Below are positions 30,189 through 40,200 of a DNA stretch of 64,000 bases, in pieces (the first letter of the stretch is position 1; each line of letters starts with the position of its first letter). The translations under genes and the position numbers were made by a program. This DNA comes from Setoptus koraiensis. Lineage: Eukaryota > Animalia > Arthropoda. Location of the stretch: assembly GCA_048013815.1 (NCBI GenBank), contig CM106585.1, positions 14,198,001-14,262,000 of the forward strand, written 5' to 3'. Below the pieces are notes generated by a model that worked only from the letters and a program-made list of their open reading frames with translations, was not told the origin of the DNA and did not search any database.

Positions 30189-31265
30189 CTAATCATTATT
30201 AGCGTTGTTAGGGGCATGTGTTGATCGTTTAATAAGCGTCATGTCACACAATATTTGACAATTGTTTTGTTGTGATCGTATCATGGTGGTGACAATATTA
30301 ATGGTAATAATAATAATGATATTAATAATAATAATGATATTAATAATAATAATGATATTAATAATAATATCGTAATGCGTTAATGGATTAGATGATTTAT
30401 GGATATAATGTTGTTGTTGTTATTATTATTATAATTGTCATTAAATTTTCTTGCTCGGTCATGTATAGTTAACAGGCTTAGCCCAGCGAGCGGAGGCAGG
30501 CAAATGAAGGGAAGCTAGAGGGCAAGGTGACATTAGGAAAATGGATAAGCTGGACGACAACAGGGCAATGATCGGTAAAAAGAGACTGCCTAAGAAGATG
30601 ATGATAAATTTGCGCGAGAGAAAGGATCAATATAAAAGAAGCGCGCCTAAGTAGAGTTGGAGTGTCTAGAGATAGATTGAGGGAGAGAGAGAGTGAGAGC
30701 CAGAAGTGGATAGAGAGAGAGATAGAGAGACTGAGTGACAGTTATTCCAAATGGTTTAGTTTTCATCATCTATCTAGAATTTCATCTATTCTAATAGAAT
30801 GAGAATTTGTTTATCTGATGATTTCAGTCTATTTCAATCAATTATGTGTTTGCCTTAGTTAGTTTTCATGTGCATAGGTGGATAATGTATGTATGTAAGC
30901 GCATGAAATTGTGTTGTGTGTAAATTGAGTATCACAAATCGTTAATATTATATTAATAATAATGATTATTTGATAAATTTTATCCAAAAAAATGTCTCAT
31001 TTTAGTGTCATCATCTCAGTGCCTAATAGTGTGATGGTAATAGTTGAATCTTGATGAGGATTGATTTAAATAATTGTGTGTGTGTGTGTGTGTTTTGTGT
31101 TGGAAACTTGATAGGACTTAATTTGTAAAACATGACTAGAGTAGCAGTTATTTAAGCAGTTCTTTTTCTCTTTTTCTCGCTCTTCTCGTTTATCCAACAA
31201 AATCTCAAACTGGTAGTTACGTAGCATGTGTGTGTGTGTGAGTTGTCGTTGTTGTGGTGGCTATC

Positions 31266-34200
31266 TCATGATCTAGTCTTATATTTGACCATTGATTGAG
31301 TGGTAAGTCGTTTGGATTTAGCTCGCCTATTTTTGAACCTAAGTTATTTATTTTTAGCCCAAGATAGATCGGTAATGAAAGAGAAAGGGAGAGAGAAATT
31401 AGTTAGTTAGGCGGGTGTCTAAATAGTTGCCAATAAAAGAGATAGATTAATCACAATCAATCATCGCCTTTTGTAATCACCTGAGCGGTGGCGATATCAC
31501 AAAAGGCGATATCAAGAGAGTTGAACTTACCAAAAAACCAAATTTCTGCCCTCAAGTGGGGGAAAACGCGACCTGTACGGTAGACTATTGAGATAGATGG
31601 TAAACTCCTCTATCTTGCTGGAATCCGGATGACTGTTGTCTCGGAACCAGCTCTCCAAGAGTGGAATCTCTGTCATTGGATCTATAAATGTTCTGCTACG
31701 TTTCATCTTGTTATTATTGGTACAATTGGTATTGGCACCTATGATAATACTACTACTACTACTATTGTCGCTAATGCTACTATTTGCATGAATATTAGAT
31801 TTGCTTTGGATAGACTGCTTTTGTTGGTGATGCTGTTGTTTGGCTGTACAAACAACATCCGGTTGTGTTTGTGTTGCAACCAATGGCGAGCATAGATGGT
31901 GATGATGGCGAGGATGAGAATGAGCCCTGGTCAATGAGGCCGAACCTTTGCCAACAGCCAGGCTCTTTGGCAGAGGTCTACCAATTGATCCGACAACCGA
32001 TGCAATGTCAACCGGTTGTTGTGGTTGCTGTTGTTGCTCTTCTTCGTCGTCTTCGTCGTCGTCGTCTTCCTCTTCTTCGTCTTCTTGTTGTTGAAGATGT
32101 TGCTGACGAAGCGGCGCTGCTGATGGCTGTTGTTGTTGCTGCTGTTGTTGCAATTGTTGTAAATGACTACATTGGTTTATAAGATTATTTATTATAATTT
32201 CGAATCTTCTCTGAATAGTCTCGTCAATATAGGATTGTGTCAATTTGTCCATGACAGGTTGATCAACTGCTTTAGACGACTCGCCAGAACAGAGCAGTTC
32301 GCCACTATCTGCCAAGTCTTGTTCCTCTGAACCTAAATCATCAACACTAACACAACACTCGCGAATCGAAGGTGGTTTAGTCGATGAATCAATTCAATTA
32401 TTTAGGCTACTTAATTGATGCAACTCAACAAAAATATTAATTAGCTTTCTCGCTCTCTCTTCGCACTCGTCTCAATATGTCTGACTATGCAATTCTTATT
32501 GGGTGCTGATGATGATTTTACTGTTTAGATTGCTGTTCTATTGCAGCGGACAATCGATGGCTAGTAATGGTGATCGTGGCGGTGGCAGTGGTAGAAGTGA
32601 TGGTGGTGGTTGTAACGCAAAACCATTTGGAATAATAGCAGAAACTAAAACTAGGGACTAGCTATAGATTAAGTGGTGAGTAGGCGATTGTTTAAATTAT
32701 CTTCTATCTCAACTAGTGATTGAGTGAGTGAGTGAGTGAGTGCGTGCGTGTGTGTGAGTGTTATCAATCAATGAGATTAATAACAATAATAATAATAATA
32801 ATAAATAATATCAAAAAGTCGTGACTATCGATCGATATATAGTGTCATTGTTGTTGCTGCTGTCGTCTCTAGATTATTCCATCTTTGTGTGCATCGCTAA
32901 AACTCAGACTATTATATGGAGTCGAGTTCCTCACTCTCAGGTTGACTCTTGTTTAACTTGTTGTTGCCGGTTGTTGCTGTCGTTGCAGTTGTCGTCGTCG
33001 CCGTCGATTGGTTGTTATTTGCGCGTCGTTGTTATGAATACTGGAGTCGAACAACAACCCGCAACAACAACAACAACGACGACGACGACGATGAGGACGA
33101 CGACAACGACACCAACTACCGACAACAAATATGGGAACAACAATAGCGCAATTCAAGTAGCAAAGCGAGATTAACTATTGAGATTTGTCGACCGCAAAAT
33201 AAACTCTATTGAACTCGATCCGCCAGTCACTCAACTTCCTACTGTGCCAGTAATAGAGGTGGTGGTCTTACCATTACTACTCCTCGATAGTAATAATACT
33301 ACTCTATTGGCACGCATGCAGATAACGCAAAATACTAATAATAATAATCAGCATTTGGGGGATTTCAACTGATTTATTTTGTTTGCCGTGGTGACTTATG
33401 TCTGTGTTGTTGTATTTGTTTGTGCAATCTAAATGTTATAATAAGCTACATATAAGTTATATATATATATATATATATTGATATAAATATAAATGAAATA
33501 TATTTGTGTACGCTGTGTATATGTGGCGAGGTTTGTATGGCGAGTAGTGTTACGACGACTGATGAAATCAACATCGCGATCGATTGAAATGATGATTCTT
33601 AAGTAATCAATATTTCAAAACAACAAAGCTATCAGATATCATCAAATTGTCGCCAGATTAGATAGCTGCGCCAGACATGCGAGTCCTGCGCAATTCGGTC
33701 AATCGATGGCCAGTTTGTGGAACATGGCGACAATGGGATCAATCGCCTTAGCTTTATATTTTTCCCCCATTGGCCGCCGGCCCAAACCGGCGCCGGTCAC
33801 CTGGTTTGGCGAGGCGCTTCGCGGGATAGAGAGGCCCCTGGGACAGGGTCGGTAAAACGGTTGCATCGGTGCGCTGAAAGGGGCGCAAGAAAAGGCTGAA
33901 CACGGACAACAGGACAACACCAACAATAATCTAAATGAAAATTGGAGATGAGATATGATTAGATAACGAGGCAGCTAAAGCGGGAGATTAGATTAGGCGG
34001 ACTAACTGTGATCATGGCCGGGATATGTCAAAAGAGAAAAGATGTCTCAAACTAAAAATCCGTTCAAAATAAGCGCACACATCTTTTTATGTGGAGCCTC
34101 TTAGCTGGCTGGCTAGCTGACCGGCATCGCTTCTTTGTCACTTGGCGTGTATGTATTCTCAGCTAACACGTGGACAATCGCGCGCACTAGATTAATCTAT

Positions 34201-37200
34201 TTATCCTCGAACAAACATTGGCTAAGCTCTCTCTTTCTCTCTTGGTCGAGCTTTCAATTTCGCTAGTGCGTGTGTGTTTGTAAATTGTAGACATGGCGTG
34301 TTTACAATTCCAATTGTAGTTTTGTACTCTAGCGGCCAAAAGAGGACGACCAACTCTCTCAAGAATAATAACATATTAACTGTAGCTCTTTAGCCGCTAA
34401 TGCTGTTGTTGTCGTAGCTGGCGTTAATCGGATCACAGTTAGGCCGCGCTAGGCAGCGGATCTGGCTAGATAAAGCTAGAGGTAGATTGGCAGAGGATTA
34501 GTATTTGCGCTATCGCTCCAATAACAGCGCTGGCAGTAGCGCTAGTTGGACTAAATTGAGTCAAACAAAATATACACAAAGTTGGGAGAAGGGGGCGATA
34601 GATTGGATTACACAAACATACTCCATATAGTCACCGACATGTATCCGTCCCTGTATCCGTTGTTTATCGACGCGCACCATTTCTCATCTCTCTCTCTCTC
34701 ACTCTCCCTCGCTCCCTTCAGTCTTTATTTGATGACACTATTCCGACACTATCACTGCTCCCCCTACTACTACCGCTACTAATAGTTACGCTTATCGATC
34801 CATCGACCGGCCCGATACCAAGCCGGCAGTGTTGACCCAGTGCATTGGCACAAATGGACATTAGACAGCGATTATCATTATCCTTGTCTATATAACACAC
34901 ACACACATGCTGATTGGATTAAAGATTGAGAAGAAAATTTTGTAAATAGCGCACAAGAGTACCTCATCTACCAACTACTAATCCACCTATACCACCAACA
35001 TCGCAGCACATATGCAATACTTTGCCCATCGCATCCTATCCTATAAAGCAAAGTAATGTAACTATTGAATCCCGACTAGTGTGCGGATCGGGCGCGATGA
35101 AAATTGTTTGCTAGAGGAAACTTGATTGGAGCAGAGGCAAAAATTAAACTATGGACCCCGGCATGGTAGGCCGGCATGTCTCGGGTGACCACTTGTATAT
35201 GTTATGCAATGTTCTCGAATGATCTAGCTCACAAAAACTATTGCAAATGCAACTTGAACAATGCACTGGCACACTGCATGTATATGTTAGGCGTGCCAAG
35301 ATATATCTATATATTTTTGGAGTCAAGATTAAATTGTTGATCCAAATTATTTCCTCGCTCTCGCTCTCTCTATCTCATTTGTTTGCTCTCGCACATATCT
35401 GTGAGCATGTTTGTGTACTATCACGCATTTATAATAGTGTTGATTATGCTGATTCAGTTCTATCAAAAGTGAGCAAATAGTAATAGTTTTGATGGTAGAT
35501 TAGTGTGAGAAATGAGTATCACCACCACCAATAGTGGTTGGTGTCGAGTTTTATACAGATAGCCACTATTACAAATACCACCACAGTAATTGTACTTATG
35601 CAAAACAAACACATGATTACAAAACAAAGACCAAAGTATACCGGTAATATACAATTGCATCGACCTAACAATATACCAAAGCGTATACACATAACCAATG
35701 ATGATAGTATCATATATGCTTGGCCAATATTTTATTAGGTAAACCTCCTCAGCGGGGAACCGATTTCAACCTGAATCTGGTCTTTTTGAGCTCTCCTGCT
35801 TCTGGGGTCCACGAAAATGTTTCTCTTTTACCGATAAAGGTGCCTAGATTTGTAGCTTCGAGAACGATTTCACTAAGCGTGTGTATTCAAGGCGAAGCAA
35901 GCGCATTAAATAAGAAATTAAAGATTGTTGACGGACGCATGCTTAATGATTAACAGGCATTTGGCGCGCATAAATTTGTGAAATTTTTTTAGAAAATTGC
36001 AATCACCACAGAAAATATTCGTTTTCTGGATTTTTCATATACCTTTTCTCGTTGAGCGCTATGGGCAGTCGATTTGATGTAGAGTTTTGCTAGAATCTAC
36101 GTCACCGAAAATGATATTTACCTTGTTAATAGTTGGTGCTTTAAAAATTATTCATTTTTAGCCATTTCTAACACAATAACACAACAATCATAAAGGCTAG
36201 CTAACGCTGGTTGATATAGCCACAAGCCGCTGTGACGCAAAGAATACCATCATCATCGTATCGTGTGATTAAGATCATCGAGATCATTGAACCGTTCCAT
36301 TTATCATTCTTTTGGTATTATGATAATATTATATTTAGTATTATAGCGTCATGCAAAATGTCACCATCTCCACTCGACCTATTCAAATCTAGATAGATTA
36401 TCTCTGTCTTGAGTGTGTGATACAATTTGTGTCTATCTGTCGTGACAAATACAGCCGCAGAGGACATGCTCATCCTTTAAAGCACTAAGTAGCACCAGCT
36501 AACTAGTCTTGCCAACTGATGTCAATAGTGAAGACTTTCTATTATTTATATGGATCTCGTTTTAGCTTAACATTGTGATTATTATTAATATCTTTGGTTG
36601 TCGATTGGCGAAAAAGATATATAACCTCCACACAGACACACATGCCAGACGACTAAACAACTCCTTTGTCATCAAATCTAGCTGATGATTGTCTCTCATG
36701 ATACTTGCACACAGATTCAATGATGATGATTGCAATAACAAAACAAAAAACACTTCCTATAACAATCACACAATAACTATCAAATTATATATCACGGTTA
36801 CTCGGTTACTAAAGTGCCATAGTTTTGAGTTGAGTGAAGTTATTAGGATAAGGAAAAAAGCAGGCAGACATGGCTGGTGGATGGTAGGTGTGTGAGTACT
36901 AACGTATAGTAAATCATAGTATATCATACTACAGTGATAATAATAGTAGTGAAACAAAAATGGATTCGTCGGTATGGTCTGTTTTAGCTATACCATCATG
37001 GCTTTCAGCTGATGCTGCATGTGTCTGATTATTGTTTAATTAACACTCACCTGAACAGTTTGATCCGCAATGTCACAAAAGTTGAAATATCGCCTAAGAT
37101 TTCGCCTACTGTGGCTTGTTTGTTCTCGCTAACCTGTTCCATTGTGAGAGGTTTCCAATTTTTCACCTGTAACGAGGCTGTAAGTATGTCAGAGATAAAA

Positions 37201-40200
37201 GGCGATGTGAGAATTAATAAGTAACTTAACGACACACTCAGAGCTTATTAGAGATAAACAGGTGATTTTGGCACTAAGACAGTGAGTCATCAAAATAACG
37301 AAATAGTTTTACTTCTTCGAACGTTAAACTTCATAAGAGATTTCCGAGATACTATTGGTTAGATGATACTAAAGATAATCAAAAGATACTCAAGTGTTTA
37401 TTCTACTAATTATTCTATCATTGACAAACTAAGCGAATATAATAATCTGTCTCTCTATCTGTGACTGTCTGTGGTAAACAAGATCTACATTGTGCTAATT
37501 ATATCATGCGTATTAGATGATCATGATGATAATTATTGGATACGTTATTGGCTTAATTAGTCATTTGCTGGAAAGTGTGTTGAATAACATTGAAGCCAGC
37601 TCATGATGACAAAAAGATATTGGTCGATTGACAAAACATAAATACTTAAACAAAAATTTGCCTAGTATGACAATACACGACTATTATGATTCATTCGGCC
37701 CAATTAATTTCATTCGGTCTCTTATGGTTTGTAATACTACTGTTAATTTTGTGCAATGTCCAAGTGAAAGAAGCTCTCGATATCAGCAATAGCAAAAACA
37801 TTTATAACAAGAGTAACAATGAGGACAGACTAACAGCCTCTCATGTAGAATATCCCAGCAATCCGGCATCGAAAATTGCACGCTTAAAATGGTTACATTC
37901 GCATTATGGAGCGTTGGGAGGGCCAGGGACACAAGATAATTTGTCCAACAATGCCATTCATGAGCCAGATAGGTGGCCGAGCTTCAAAGATAGATACGAC
38001 AGTGGCGCTATAGACGCAACACAAGGCGGATTGAGTGTTATTCGAACGGATTACGGCGACAGTATTATAAACAACGATGACGAAGTGTCAGATGAGAACA
38101 GAATTACGTTTAGGCCCATTCTTGAGGAGAGCATCGATCTGGAAACTATGCATGGAGTGGAACAATTGACTAACTTAGTGCTCATCAAGACCAATAGTTT
38201 GCCTGGCGGAATAAACGAACAGATAGACGCCAGATATCTGGACAATTTGCTTGATACATTAAATACGGGCCTGAGAAAGCCATTTAAGTCGATAGCAGGC
38301 GATATACTGGGAATATTTCCAACATTTGAAGAGATCAATGTGGAGTGTGACAATTACGTCAAATCCAGCACAAGGGCTGTCTACAATTACGACACGAGCT
38401 ACAATGTAACGGCAAGACCAACGGCTGTGAGAGTAGACAATGCAAACACAACAGCAACTCAGTCATCTGACGGTCTGGAGAGGGAAGGTGAACCATCTAC
38501 GAGCAACATACCGCTTGCTCAACAGCAACAACAGCAACAAGACCACCAATATAAATCTTCTTTAGACGTATGCAAGGCAGTCACTGGCAATTGTTTATCA
38601 ATGACGGATATAATGAATATTCTGCCTAGCTCAGTGAATTCATTTGAGAAGAGCTTCGTTCGTTTGTGTCCGCTTATGTTGTTTAGGATAATGAATCAGA
38701 TGTGCGAGTCGCAAGGTCCGGCCACTCACAGACACCAGCACGACCAATGGCTGTCAACATCGTGGATACCGTCGATGCCAACTTTGAGTCACCTGACCAA
38801 CGATGACGACAGCGCTGCCCGTGGACAATCGCAATATCAACAACAGCAAAAGCTCTACTACAACAACAACAAGCGGAGAAAATTGCACAAAAAGCTGTCA
38901 TCGTCCTCTGCTAATCAACAGAATGGCAATAATCACATTGATGAGCAAATGCAACGAATCAAATTGAAAATAGCCGAGCCCTCCATCGAAAAGGTATGGA
39001 TATTTTCAGTGCTATTCGTTACTCTTTCGATCGTCGTGTCCATGGGTGGTCTCATAGTGTTGCCCTTTGTCAATAAAACTACAAGACGAAGAATTTTGAC
39101 ATTATTCGAGGGCTTAGCCGTGGGCGGACTGGCGGGCAGTGCCACTTTGCATATGTTTCCGCAAGCTTTCGGTTTGATTGATGCCAGCTATAGAAAGTAC
39201 TTTTGGCGCATATGTACGGTTTTCTGTGGTATATATGTTTGCTATTTGTGCGAGCGAATAATCAAAATAGTGAAGGTCATGCGAAGTAAAAACAAGAGGA
39301 GAAGTAGAGCATCATTAAGTGATTTAAATCACTATATAGACATTTCGTTGATGAATAAAGGTGGCCAGCCTAGCAGGAGGTTGATTTCCACAAGGAGCTC
39401 TGGTTCCGGTCATGGTGCCAATCTTGAGGCTGCGTATAAAGGTAGCAGATATCACAGTGATGATGACGATTACGACGAAGCGGATAACATCGACGAGGAC
39501 GAATATTATGACGACAACATGGATTATTTTGAATATCAAAATTATCGTCAATCAGCTAAAATGAGCTCACCGAGATACATGGGGCCGGGTGGAGCTGGCA
39601 GTCGCAACGGAAGAAAGAAAACCAGCCGAGGCATTGAGAGGCTGAAGAGATTGTTCCTTCCCAAGAGAAACGCTTACAAGGGCTCACATGATACCGAACT
39701 AGATCTGAGCACACTGGTTGGATTGAGGCCCAACTTGGATGAGGTGTGGAGAAATGGCGCACATCAGCATGAAACCGAAGGTGACGAAGTTGCCTACAAC
39801 GACGAGCACGGCATAGTCAGCTTGAATGACGAGGCAGTTCATTTTACGAACGATAAATTAGATCATCATAATGCGGCGAAGATAGATGACGGTCGTCATG
39901 TAGAATCATCACGAAAGCATCGCAAGAAACACAAAAAAGAGAGACACTGTGATGAGGCGGATAATGATGCTGTGACAGAGAGAGAGGCAAAAAAGAGAAG
40001 CAAGAAGATGAAGAAGGCCAAAAAGAATGAGGACAAAAAGCGAAGAAAAAGTAATGAATCAGACAGAATAAATAGTGACCAACATCATATTGATCACTAT
40101 TTTGCCAATGCCAAAACAAATTCTACTTTGAATGACAATGATCTTCCGCAAACCAATCCAACTAGGGAACGTCTAATGAGGTGCCTCAACTCTGTCCAGC

